The position numbers and the translations under genes were made by a program. Positions 1-12,031 of a DNA stretch of 64,000 nucleotides are shown here, piece after piece (positions within the stretch are counted from its first letter, which is position 1; every line of letters begins with the position of its first letter). The DNA is from Selaginella moellendorffii. Taxonomy: Eukaryota > Plantae > Lycopodiophyta. The DNA lies in NCBI RefSeq assembly GCF_000143415.4, contig NW_003314307.1, positions 382,859 through 446,858 on the forward strand, written 5' to 3'. Below the pieces are notes generated by a model, which was given only the letters and a program-made list of their open reading frames with translations, was not told where the DNA came from and ran no database searches.

Positions 1-699
1 GTTTGCTAATTATTTGTTTTAATAAAAATACTAAATATTACATTAAAATTTATATATGGGTTAAGTTCTTACTTTAAAAACTTTCATTTCTTTTATATCA
101 ATCACAATTTAATTTATTTAACAATAACTATTTAAATTATTTTTTTAATTTTAATTTAGAATTTAGTTATTTTTCCATTTTTATATTTTCTTCTATTATC
201 TTTAATTTAGAAAGAAAACAATAATTTACTTCATTTTGTTAATGAAACTTTGAAACAAATATAAAAAAATTCATCAAGTAGAGCATGTTAAAAAAGGGTA
301 GATATACTTTATAAAATACTTAGACTATAATTGAAATGACTTTATTATATTAGTCTTTTTTATAGTATAATATAAACTTGTGAATTTGGTACAAATATTA
401 ACTCATCTTTTTGGAGGGGATTTAGCCCCTCCTAGGCATGAGCGTTTCGTCATGATATTATTTATAAATTAATGGTGTTGATTTTCATAGTATGCAATTT
501 AAATAATTAAGACTTAATTTTCAATTGAATTGTTTTCCTAAAAACATTCAGAAATGTTTACAAGAACTTTAAATATTATTTCTATAGTTTCAGTTATTTC
601 TATCTAGTTCAAGAAAAACAATGTATAAGATTGGAGCTGATTACTTTTATTTCGCAGTTTTGAAACTCTTGTTTAATAACTAAAAACAATTATTTAATG

Positions 700-2760
700 G
701 ATTGGAGCTTTGCAATTTAATCCAAATTTGTCCCAATGAGATAAAAAAAATTGTATTAAGATCAAACATTGGAAAACTACGAAGGGATTATCCATTTCCA
801 AACATTCTTTTCAATAATTTATAAGTATTTTTTAAGAGCATATATCATGTTATATTCTTCCTAATGGTTAATAAATAATTTACAGTTTTTTAAATAGTAT
901 AAAATATTATAACTTTTTTTTAAAATTTGTTTTTAAAATTAACAATAGTTTTTTTAACAAGAATCGAAGCCATTTTGTTAATACATTTACATATTATAAA
1001 AACAACTAAAATAGATAATTTACCATTTTAAATAGTAGTCCATGGAGGTTTGCTCTTCACACCTCTATATTTGATTCAATGCGAAACTACAATTTGAATA
1101 CTTATTTATTTAATAATTTTTAGAAGTCAGTTATTTATAACTATAAAAATATTATAGACTGATTTAACCCTTTTAAATATTTATAGCTGGTTATATTTAT
1201 AGTGGGAGATAAATAATATATTTAGGCCATCTATACCTCAGAAAATGTGATGATCATTTGCCATATTTTTAAAAAATAGGAACCCACAATGATCTCTATT
1301 TCTAATCAATTTTAGCAACTTTCTCAGAAAGGATTCTTGGAATTTACCTACATATATAATTATGAATTATAAAGAGAGAAAAATCAAAACCAATTACCAA
1401 ATTGGGTAAACACCATCCCATTTCATATTAATAGAGTTTTATCTTTGGAACTAATTATTAAATGATCTTATTTTTATTGGGCTTTAAAATATTTGGGGGC
1501 ATAACAAAATTATTTTACCACTTTAGTTGTAACTACTTTATCCAGTTTAAAAGTTCATTGTTGCAATACAAATATAATGGCTCACTCCACCAATACAACT
1601 ATAAATCTTGAAGCCCCACATATAAATTTTGTGAAATCACTTATGACTTATATGACTTATGCTTGTAGTACATGTATTAACTGTTTTAGATTCAGTGTTT
1701 GGGGGTATTAAGGAGGAGATGAACTTTTGTTGGTGATTCTAGGTAACAAGAAAGTGTACAACTATAAACTTGCACCACATTCAATTTATTTGAGTTTAAC
1801 TCTATAGTGGAATAAATTCTAGTCAATATATCCCATCTTTATAAGAAAATAAAATTTAAAATATTTAGCTACAATTAATTTCTTGGTACCCTTTGCCTAT
1901 GATGGGGGTTACAATCAAATTCATCATGTCACCAGTGAATATTCTTGCATAGGTAGTGAGCCCTATTAATTATGCAGAAGCATGAAGTGAACAAGAGTTT
2001 TAGACAAAGATATGAGGACCTAATGTGGTAGATGTACATATAGTTCCCATCCAAGAGTCTCCTTAAATAAGAATTCAAGAAACCTTGTTCACTAGAAACT
2101 TACCTAACCAAAAAAAGGTGACACTCTATTTTTAACTTACAAAATCTAATTGGGTTTATAATTATCTTGTGGCTGTTTCAATCCAACAAAATCAATGCTA
2201 GGAGATCAAGCAAGAATATAGTAAGTTGTAAGAAAAGCAAATAAATATTACTTCACAAAATTGCTTAAAGATTCTTTGTTGTTAGTGACTGACTATAAGT
2301 TACAATCAAAGCTTTCCAAAACACTCTAAAATTCACAATTTCACTCCTCTTTACTCACTAAAAGAAGACTTTTAAATACTGTTAATCTTTCCAAGAAAAG
2401 GATGAAACTTAGCCCAACTTCCCTATTATTGCCCTCTTTTTTATGGTTGACTCTTTTGCTGATTTCTTTCAAATCTCTATTATTTTCTAATGTAGATTTT
2501 CCTTCCATAACTCTTATGAAATATCTGTATATCTCCACATTGCACCCTAGGTGCAACATTGATTAAAATATAACTTTGATTGTTTCTAAGGTTTTGACAA
2601 CACATATTTCTTAAATTTTATCCAGTCCTAAGATCCAACATATACATCCTAAAGTTTTAAAATAAAATAGTTGACTATAAATGAAGGGATACTTGATAAA
2701 AGCTAACCAATTGGCAATACAAACACTCAAATTCAAGAAACAATACAAACCTGGCAAGTC
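700..2760 (-). mobile_element. Highly decayed non-LTR (LINE-like) retrotransposon relic; boundaries approximate
   Basis: AT-rich region with no long ORF. ORF 2341-2559 has 'LHLGCNVE' (like the LINE RT 'YLG' motif) and 'ERLTVFKSLL' (like the L1 post-RT 'GRLTLIKSVL' motif) in the expected order. Confidence 0.35.
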
Positions 2761-2972
2761 CTCCAGTGTATAAATTGTGCTTGACTATTTATCATTTTAT
2801 TGGAATATTTCTAACTATTGATTAATCAATTGATAACTTTAAGTTACTAATTTAATTTTGTTAATAAATATTTATGGTTAATTTAAAGTTAAGGGAGGAA
2901 AACACAAGTAAAATTTAATTAGACATCTAAATAAGGAATAGGCAGTACATTCCTTAGGAAAAAAATAAGCTG

Positions 2973-4481
2973 TCAATCTATCATGGTGGACAATTGCTTG
3001 AGATTGAAGGGCTCTATAGCTCTCAAATCTCCACCCCACAGCTGCTTGAAGACGAGAGAGTAAGCAACCTCAGTGGGGTGTACTCTGTCCCAGAAGAGAA
3101 ATCTAGACGGTTTCTTTCCGGTGGCCACCTTGTATGGATAGTTTGGTGGAGCTTTTCTCCCACAGCTGACACCTGCATTAAAAGGCCCCGCTCCACAGCA
3201 AGCAGATGTCGTGCTCGCAAAACCTGCCGGGAAATGATGAAACATATAACAATTAATTAATTCCAAAAGGGCAAAAAACAAAAGAAAAGAAAAAAGAAAA
3301 GTGAAGATGGTGGCTACGTAACTTACCATAATGTGTTGCGTTGTTGAGGATCCCAGTGAAGATGTTGAGCGTTTTGCCGAGAGCGATCTTCATATCCGGA
3401 AGCTGGGATCGCAAATCACGAACAAGTTGCTCGAGATTTGCATTGAAGAGCATGCCCATCTGATTGGCTTGTGTGAGGCAGCCAGTCTCGTTCATGGTGC
3501 TCGCGACGAGCCGAGAGAATGGCGTGCAGCCAAGAACTCCAAGCTCGAAAATCGCCATTTTCCTCGCACCGAGTCTGTGAAGAGCCTGTCGCCAAAACAT
3601 TGTTTTCTTGTTCTTGGAGAAAAAGATGAAGGTTTCTTCCTTACCAAGATGGTTTTGTTATATTCATGAATGAGGCTCTGGATGAATTCCTGTGGCTTTA
3701 CAGTCTGCTGGAGAGTTGTGTTTTCAAGATAGGTAATTCCGATATCGTTGCTGCCGCTTGTGATGATGTAGATAGCTTGGGAAAGGAATTGTTTTGCATG
3801 AGCGGCATTCCCCATTTCCTTGGTCAGTTTGGAAGCAACTTGGCTAAATTGTTTGATCTGGCTGCTCATCGAGAAAACACCCTGTAGAGATAAAGGAAAA
3901 GAAAAACAAAACGATTTTTAGCTCTGGAACAATATGACATCAAGAGCGTTTTGAACTTGATTTCAGGATCGATGAAAAAATGGAGCTTTTGCAACAACAA
4001 GGAAATGAAAAAGAGAATTTTGTTGAACTTACAGCATCAAAGCTCGTCGACTCGAGCAATCCACTCCCTCCAGATGCGAAGTTAGCTCCTTTGGAAAAGT
4101 TCGCAGCCGGATCAAGCGAAGGCCGAAGCAATGGTAGTCCGAGATGCATAGCTGAAGTTGCAAACTTCAGTTAGAACATCAATCGATCTTTGCGCATGCA
4201 ACTTGGAAAACGAAAAAGGGGAAAGAGCAACATTTGGCAAACTTACCGAGAAAATCGGCGATGGTTCTTCCATTTGTAAACCTTCCAGTTGGCCTGTGGA
4301 AGAAAGTCTCTCCATAGGGAGGAAAATCGACACGCGCGGAGGAATTCGCTATGTAGACGTTGTTTCCGGCATCGAGCAGCGAGTCCCCAAACGCAAAGAG
4401 AGCTGGAACAACGCTTCTCTCGCTCTCGAGCGCTCCCGTAGCAGCAGCGACGAGCAGCGCCGCGATCAAGAACCGGAACAT
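2973..4481 (-). CDS. GDSL esterase/lipase, 5 exons, secreted
   Basis: Signal peptide MFRFLIAALLVAAA (ATG 4481). Block I FGDSLLDAGNN, then PPYG..F..PTGRFTNG, GANFASGGSG, GSNDI, CCG.G and the catalytic FWDRVHPT. GT-AG introns join the ORF pieces. Confidence 0.93.
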
Positions 4482-4991
4482 CGGTTCGAGATCGAAGTGA
4501 GAGAAAGATGCCGATTTCTTTTCTCTCTTTCTTTTTGTAGTCACAGTCGCGAATGGAGGTCGAAAGTTTTCGAGCTAGGTGTGGCCTTTTATACAGTACT
4601 GCCAGCAGAGGGCAGAGATTCTTCCGTGATTCGTTGCGAGGTACGTTTCGAGGCATAGAACGAGACGCGCGGGGATGTTTTCTATTCCATTCTTCTTTTC
4701 TCTCCGAGCAGACAAAGCTGAATGGGCGAAGAAGAACAGTGCTTTTTTGGTTTTCTAGATCTGGAGCAGCATAATGCACAGCGTCGTCCATCGCAATTTC
4801 TTCCAGAGAAGTAACGGTAGCGCGCACAGGAATCTCTCGCAAGAACAGGGGATTCGCTGCCCAATTCGCGAGAAAAAACAAAGAACAATCTCCGTGACAG
4901 TTGCTGTTCAGGTGAAAGAGAAGCGTCCTTTGTTAGTTGATCCACTCGTGCCAGAGCCACACAAAGAGGATTTAATCTTATCCCCGCATTC

Positions 4992-5010
4992 TAGGGTTTA
5001 GGGTTTAGGG
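4992..5010. promoter_or_regulatory. Telo-box (TAGGGTTT x2-3) upstream of PNPase
   Basis: tagggtttagggtttaggg about 95 bp before the PNPase ATG. Telo-boxes are established in promoters of plant RNA-metabolism and translation genes. Confidence 0.55.
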
Positions 5011-5103
5011 CTTCTCTTCTTCCAGGGCGGAGGAATGCCCGGGACGGCGCGGCGCGCGCGAGGATGAGATAGGTGAGTGAGATTCACGGCAGGAGCAGCG
5101 CCA

Positions 5104-8100
5104 ATGTGGCCTTGCAAGTCTTCGCGGCTGATCACGCCACTGGGATTACCCGCATTGCCTCCCATTTACTCCTTTCGCGGTAGCGTCGACGCCAGGCGCT
5201 TGTGGATTCATTCGGAAGCACGATCCAAGCCCATAGCCGCGGCTAGGAAAGCGAAAGAGACCGCATCACTAGAGATTGCCGTGAAGAAAAGGAGCAAGAA
5301 AGTAGCGATTGTCGGAGAAGTAGAAGAGGCTGAGAGGGAGACCTACGAGGAGGAGGTAGTTCCTTTGGAGCCGAGCGAGTTAAAAACGGCCTCCCAGGGA
5401 AAGGACACAGTGACTTTGTTGGATGGCGAGAAGAAAGTTTCCACCACTGACGGCAAGAAAGTTTCCATCAAGAAAGCTCGTGCTAAAAATGAGGATATGG
5501 TCGTGGTAGACAGTGAGAGTACCACGTCCATTTCTTCTGGGGATCCAGAGGCTGGCCCGAAGAAGAGTTCCATCAAGAAAGCTCGCGCTAAAAAGGAGAA
5601 TTTGGTCGTGGTGGACAGCGATAGTACCACCTCTTTTGCAGAGCCAGCGCTGCAGCCAGAGTTGGGTGATTTTTGCATTGGTCCTTGCCGGCAGCAGCAT
5701 TGCGTTCGGATTCCAGTTGGTGATCGACAGGTAAGCGTTGGCATTTTTCGTTTTTCTGCTCATTCGTGGTACGTTTTGGTCCTCGTGTAGATTGTTCTCG
5801 AAACGGGTTCAATAGGTAGGCAAGCTGGTGGTGCTGTTACAATCAGCGATGGAGAAACTGTGAGTTTTAAGTTGTTCTTTGGTCTCGCCATCTCTCTGAC
5901 GTGTTCCTTCTTTTCAACAGATCCTGTACACGACTGTTTGTACTTCTGCTGAGGCGAGCGAGCCATCTGATTTTGTTCCGCTGTACGTGCATTATCACGA
6001 GCGCTACTCTGCTGCTGGTCGCACAAGGTTTGTGCTTCCTATGCATTACATCAATAATCACTTTTCTTCTCGTCATTTCAGTGGTGGATTTAACAAGAGA
6101 GAAGGGAAGCCACGAGACAGCGAGGTAAAAAGCGCAAAAATACTGTTGCGGATAGTTGTAATGAGTTTGTGGTTGCCAGGTTTTTATATCCAGGCTTGTG
6201 GATCGGCCTTTAAGACCGATGATACCGAAAGGTTATTTTCATGAGATACAAGTGCTTTCTTGGGTAAATATTTTTTCAGAAAAGAACGGAGTTCCTTATT
6301 TACGTATACATTGCAGCTGTATTTGTAGGTTTTGAGCTTTGATGGTTTGCATTTGCCTGAACCGCTGGCTATTACTGCTGCAGGCGCCGCTCTGTAAGCT
6401 ACTTGTTTTTGCGACAGCGCTGTTGCTAACTTAGTGCGTTGCAGAGCACTTTCAGATGTTCCTGTTTTGAAGCCTGTGGCTGGAGTAAGAGTCGGTTACA
6501 TCAATGGGAAATATGTTCTCAACCCGACAGCTAGCGAGGTTACGAAATCAAGCCTTGATATGATAGTGGCAGGGACAAGCGATGGTCTGCTCATGATCGA
6601 GGTATACATTTTTGTAATGACATTGATGACCGTGTTGTTCATCAGGGATATTGCAACTTACTTAGCGAGGATGAATTGGTGAAAGCAGTAGAAACAGGCC
6701 AGGTGGAGCATTTAAATCTTGGATATGGCACTTAACTCGTAGCACATTGTTGCAGCGTGCAGTGAAGATAATTTGCAAGGAGCTGGAGGAGTTTGGAGAG
6801 AAGTTTGGAAGGAAAAAACGCATTCTGAAGGCACCATTTTCCACTTCCGGTCTAGAGGAACGAATCAAGGTTTACAATGAATTTACGCCTTGTTGTTTGC
6901 TCACGCACGAGTTATTTCTTTGCAGGAAATCATGGGAGATGACCTTTACCTGGCTCTTCATATAAGCGGCAAGCAGCCTCGCGCTGCAGTGATAACTGCT
7001 TTGGAAAAGAAAGTATGGTCAAAACTGACCGAGGAAGGCGTGGCATTATCCAAGACTAGAGAGCAGCTTGAGTATGCGCACGTATGGGATGAGGACGAGA
7101 TTAAAGATGGCGAAATTGACCAAGGCGATGTCCATATAACGCCTACTCCGAGAACCAGTTTCACAAAGGTACCTCGAGATCTACTTGAGCTGCTAATAAG
7201 GTGGTGCTTTTTATCTAGCTTTTTGATGCTGCCACTGTTAAGCTTGCCTTCAAAGAGTACACTTCTAAGACCTTGAAATCAATAATTGCCAAGGTAAAGA
7301 TCGTTTAAAGTCTTAACGAAAAAATCATGGACGGTGTAGGAGAAAGTGCGTAGTGACGGCCGTGGAATATCAGATGTTCGGCCCATCAGTTGTTCGTGTA
7401 ATCTGCTTCCTCGAGCTCATGGTAGTGCGATTTTTACTCGTGGAGAAACGCAGGTTACTATTTGCTGATTTTTCATTCTTGTGAAACGCTGACGAGCCAT
7501 ATCCGGTAGGCTTTAGTAGCTGTTATACTGGGTGGTGATAATATGGCGCAACGCATTGACGGTGTCACTGATGCTGATGAAGTGAAACGCTTCTACGTGC
7601 AGGTAGAAGTCTGCTTAAAATTTAAAAACACGAAACATTGAAAGATCATGGCATGCAGTACGTTTTTCCTCACTCCTGCGTCGGGGAAGTTGGTCGCATC
7701 GGCCCTGCTAGCAGACGAGAAATTGGTCATGGAAGGCTTATCGAGAGGTCCCTTGAGCCTATATTTCCGAGCAAATTCCCATACACAGTCCGCGTTGAGA
7801 GTACCATCACCGAAAGCAATGGCTCCTCAAGGTTCTCTCGTCTCCTTTAAATGTTCCATAATAATCCGCGACTTTTGTTTTTTCAGCATGGCATCTGTGT
7901 GTGGAGCTTATCTTGCTTTGTGTGACGCCGGCGTTCCAGTCAAGTGTCCGATTGCCGGTGTTGCAATGGGTCTTATTTTGGATCCAAAAGAATACGGTGG
8001 TAGCGGCGGACCCGTAATACTGACGGACATTCTTGGCTCCGAGGACGCCTGTGGCGATATGGACTTGAAGGTTTGCTTGCAAGCTGCCTCACTTTCGTTG

Positions 8101-9305
8101 GTAATAGTTTATTCCTTTCTGGGAATCAGGTCGCAGGTAGCAAGGACGGCATCACTGCGTTTCAGATGGACCTCAAGGTGAAAAACAATTCAATGGATAT
8201 AATGTCTTTTCTTACATCCTGAAATAAAACTTGAACAGGTCCAAGGAATCAACTTGTCAATCCTGAAGCGAGCCCTTTCAAAGGCTAAAACTGCAAGATG
8301 TCATATTCTCAGTGAGACCTTCGTTTTTCTTTCATAAAATTTCTGCCACTGACTCGCATTTTCTTGTAGAGGAAATGACAATGTGCTCTCCTCCGCCATC
8401 AACGAAGCTTTCTAAGCATGTCGACCTCATTGACTTTGTAAAGGTGCGATTTGAGTCATTCTTCTATGAACAACTTATCGATGCCTTTTGGTTTCCAGAT
8501 TGGTCGCGAGAAAGTAAACATGGTTGTAGGAACCGGCGGTAAAACTGTGAGGCAAATTATCGACGACTCGGGCGTAGAATCAGTAGATGTCAGCAGCGAC
8601 GGCTCGGTCAGTAAATTTCAGTACATTGCCGCGACAAATCTCGTGACTAAGTCGTATGGCTACAGATCCGCATAGTTGGAAAAGACCGAGACAAGGTTGA
8701 CAAAGCAATGGAGAAAATTCGTAGTATTACGACCGATCCTACTGTAGGAACAGTATATAGGTACGCACACCTTGCATCACAATGCTTGACAGTTGTTTTG
8801 CCTTCTATAGGAATTGCCCCGTGAAATCTTTGACATCGTTTGGGTGTTTCTTGGAGATTAGTCCTGGTCGAGAGGTGAGAGTTATCGCAAATTCACGCGG
8901 ATTATACTGACAATGCTTTTCCTTCCTTGGTTTTTACAGGGACTTTGTCACATAAGTGAGCTAACTACAAACAGATTGTCAAGGCCAGAGGAAGTAAGTC
9001 GAGAGTTCCATACGTCCTACTGTTCTAAGTTCTTTGTTTATTTTTTCCACTCTAGTTCGTGGCTGTGGGTGAGCGCTTGGATGTCAAAGTGATCGAGGTA
9101 ACAAAAGGATGGCATTTTTCCTCTTTCCACTCTCGGCTGGTTCTCTAAAAACATAACCGTGTTTTTCCAGGTGAATTCGCGAGGGCAAATTAGATTGAGC
9201 CACCGGGCGATTCTAGAGGACGAGAAATCCGCGAAGAAAGCATCCTTGACATCAGCAGCAACGAAGTTGAGCAAGCTATTGTCGAAGAGGAGGCAGCAAC
9301 TCTAG
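5104..9305 (+). CDS. PNP1: Polyribonucleotide nucleotidyltransferase (PNPase), plastid type, about 20 exons
   Basis: Transit-peptide-like N-terminus. Motifs: [103 protein letters not shown]; KH (VGTGGKTVR) and S1 (GLCHISEL) domains. The acidic insert [11 protein letters not shown] resembles plastid PNPase. Stop TAG at 9303-9305. Confidence 0.93.
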
Positions 9306-9400
9306 CGAAGTTTTCCTTTTTCTTGCGTGACCCCGGGAGGAGAAGATTTTTGTAGCACGGACAAGGTACTCTCAACTCTAGCATCTCTAGATCCTGTTTT

Positions 9401-9862
9401 CTACCAGCACTGATCGGTCTCCCAGTTAAATCCCCTCCACTCGCGATCGAGCCCCTCCAATCCCCCAGGCTTTTGCATCTGAGAATCATACTCGGCCCTG
9501 GCAGCTCGATCCTTGAGAACATCGTAGGCTCTCTGGACCTCGAGAAATTTGCCTTGGTGCTGCGGCCAGAGCTCTGGCGGTGCCAGATCTGGATGATAGA
9601 CCTTGGCGAGCCTCCGGTAGGCCTCCTTGATCTCGAAATCCGACGCCTCCAACCCAATTCCTAGAATCTCGTACAGCGATCTTTTCTGGGAAGAACAAGC
9701 TAGACCTAGCGTCGAGAATTTCGCCGACTGAATCCTTCCTCCTCTGATGAAAGAGCTGTAGAGAAATCTAGTTCTCGCGCTGTCGCTCTTCCGCGAGAGC
9801 GATGACCTAAGTTCCCCGTGGGACGCGCCACAAGCGCCATAGCCACGAAGAATGGCGCTCAT
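9401..9862 (-). CDS. Small J-domain protein, DnaJ11/chloroplast type, intronless
   Basis: J domain SLYEILGI..EIKEAYRRLAKVYHPD..AYDVLKD..RAEYD. Ends in WETDQCW, typical of the plant DnaJ11 group. Ser/Arg-rich N-terminus. First ATG at 9862. Confidence 0.88.
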   Translation of the reverse strand: MSAILRGYGACGASHGELRSSLSRKSDSARTRFLYSSFIRGGRIQSAKFSTLGLACSSQKRSLYEILGIGLEASDFEIKEAYRRLAKVYHPDLAPPELWPQHQGKFLEVQRAYDVLKDRAARAEYDSQMQKPGGLEGLDREWRGFNWETDQCW

Positions 9863-10106
9863 CCTGATGTACACGTGGCAGAAATGAATGGTGCCACGTT
9901 GTACAATTAGTTTTTAATGTGACGTGACGATTATGTACGTTTCTGTCCTCAGCGCTTTCTCTTTAGGGTTCTTCGTGAGCTGGTCAAGGAAGGCGGTAGT
10001 AGCGGCATCGCGGCTCCAGCTCGAGGTACTTGATCGAAATTTTTGCTACTCCATTGCAATGCGCGCGCAGGTAAATCGCTTGTATGGGAGCTTGACGCGG
10101 TAAGAA

Positions 10107-11915
10107 ATGGCGGTGTTCCTGGATCAAATATCGATCGAAGGTATCGTTCTACTGGTTTTTCTTCTGGGGATGGGGTGCGTACACTGCCAGGAATCAGATG
10201 GTTTGGATTTCCAGCAGCGACAAGGTGATTTGCAGCGAGTACTAATTTTTTGGCGTATAGAACTTTCTGACCAAGTCTTTTACAGCAGTGGAAGGCTATG
10301 GTCGGAAGTTTGGTAGATTTGAGCAAGCCAAAGTAGGAGGAGGTGCTGGCTCGATGATCTTAGTCGCTGGATCTGGAACTCTTTTGACTTGCTTGGTCCT
10401 GTGTCCGTGTCTTCAAGCCAAGCACAAGGACGACAAGCCTCGTACCTTTCCAAAGGATGAATCATGTAAGCTTGGAAAAAATTCGAATTTTTTTTACTCG
10501 ATTTTGGTTTTTCTTGCAGCGAACATCTCTAAATCTTCTTCTCCAAAGGAGGGAACTTCTTTATCTTCGCAACCGGCGTCGTCTTGCATTAAAATGAGCA
10601 CGACAGGGTCGGGGGCATTGACGTTCACAATGGCCGAACTTAACCGAATCACGGGAAGCTTTTCATCCAGTCATAAGATTGGAGGTGGCTCCTCTGGAAC
10701 AATCTACAAAGGAAAGCTCAGGGATGGCACTTTGGTTGCGGTCAAGCGAGCAAAAAGGGTAAGAATTTCCAATTCATTTTCACAAATATAATTCTCTGCC
10801 ACTTCAGGACTCCTTTGAGACTCGTCACACCAAGGAGTTTGAAAACGAGGTTAACATGCTGTCCAGCATTGAACACTTAAATCTCGTGAAACTCGTTGGT
10901 TATCATGAGGACGAGCGGGAACGCATACTTGTTGTTGAGTACGTTCCGAATCGAAATTTACGCCAGCACCTCGATGGTAAGCCCTCTTTCATGTTTAAAC
11001 ACGAACTTACGTTTTTCGGGTTTTAAGATGCTCATAACATTCTTGATTTCTCGACGAGGCTGGATATTGCCATCGACGTAGCTCACGCTCTCACGTACCT
11101 TCACCAGTATGCAGGTACCATTTGTCTCAAAGATCTCTTTCTTCAACTCCCTTATTGCCAATTGTAATGACTCTTTGTGTCCTTGTTTCAGAGCAGCCTA
11201 TCATCCACAGGGACGTCAAGTCGTCTAACATCCTGCTCACGGACACCTGCAGAGCCAAGGTTGCGGATTTTGGATTTTCGAGAGTCGGGCCTTCGGATGT
11301 GGGAGCAACTCATGTCTCAACACAGGTCAAAGGCACGGCGGGTTACTTGGACCCCGAATACCTTCAAACATATCAGCTCACAACGAAAAGTGACGTCTAC
11401 TCGTTTGGCATTTTGCTCATGGAGATTTTTTCGGCAAGGAGACCAATCGAGCTTTCCAGACCAAGTGACGAGCGCATTACAATTAGATGGGTAAGCAAAT
11501 GATGCGGGATTGGTCACGATTGGATTTTAAGTTTTGCTTACAGGCCTTCAAGAAGTTTGTCGAGGGAAATATTCAGGATGTTTTGGACCCTGCCCTTCCG
11601 AAGAATCCACCATTGGTGACTCTACTGGAGATGCTCGCGGAGCTGGCCTTCAAATGCGCAGCACCTAGCAGGAGAGACAGACCAAGTATGAAAGAAGCTG
11701 CGGAAATCCTCTGGAACATACGAAAGGAGTATCAGGCAACCGTCTCTCAGGCAAGCACCCCGAAGGCTTTTGCGTTCGAGACTCGCCACAGTCCCTTGCC
11801 AAGTCCGATGAAACACTCTCCCGCTCAGAAGCCTCTACACAGTCCACAACATAGTCCGCTACGCACCAGTATGGAAAGAAGTCCATTTCACAAGCCTCAG
11901 AAGAATTGGAGCTGA
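10107..11915 (+). CDS. Calmodulin-binding receptor-like cytoplasmic kinase (CRCK3-like, RLCK-IV)
   Basis: Signal peptide plus TM segment ([18 protein letters not shown]). Kinase motifs [66 protein letters not shown]. '[15 protein letters not shown]' is characteristic of CRCKs. Confidence 0.85.
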
Positions 11916-12031
11916 GAGACCATCCTCCATCAGGTGCGTGTTTATATCTATATAGTTGATTCAATACCAATGAATGGTTTCTTTGCCACAGGTTTAAATA
12001 TATAGGATGTGCACTTCGAGAGTCACCAGTC

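Noticed and set aside
4243-4960. ORFs of 212 aa and 92 aa upstream of or overlapping GDSL
   Set aside because: Out of frame with the GDSL motifs and no recognisable homology; probably UTR or promoter.
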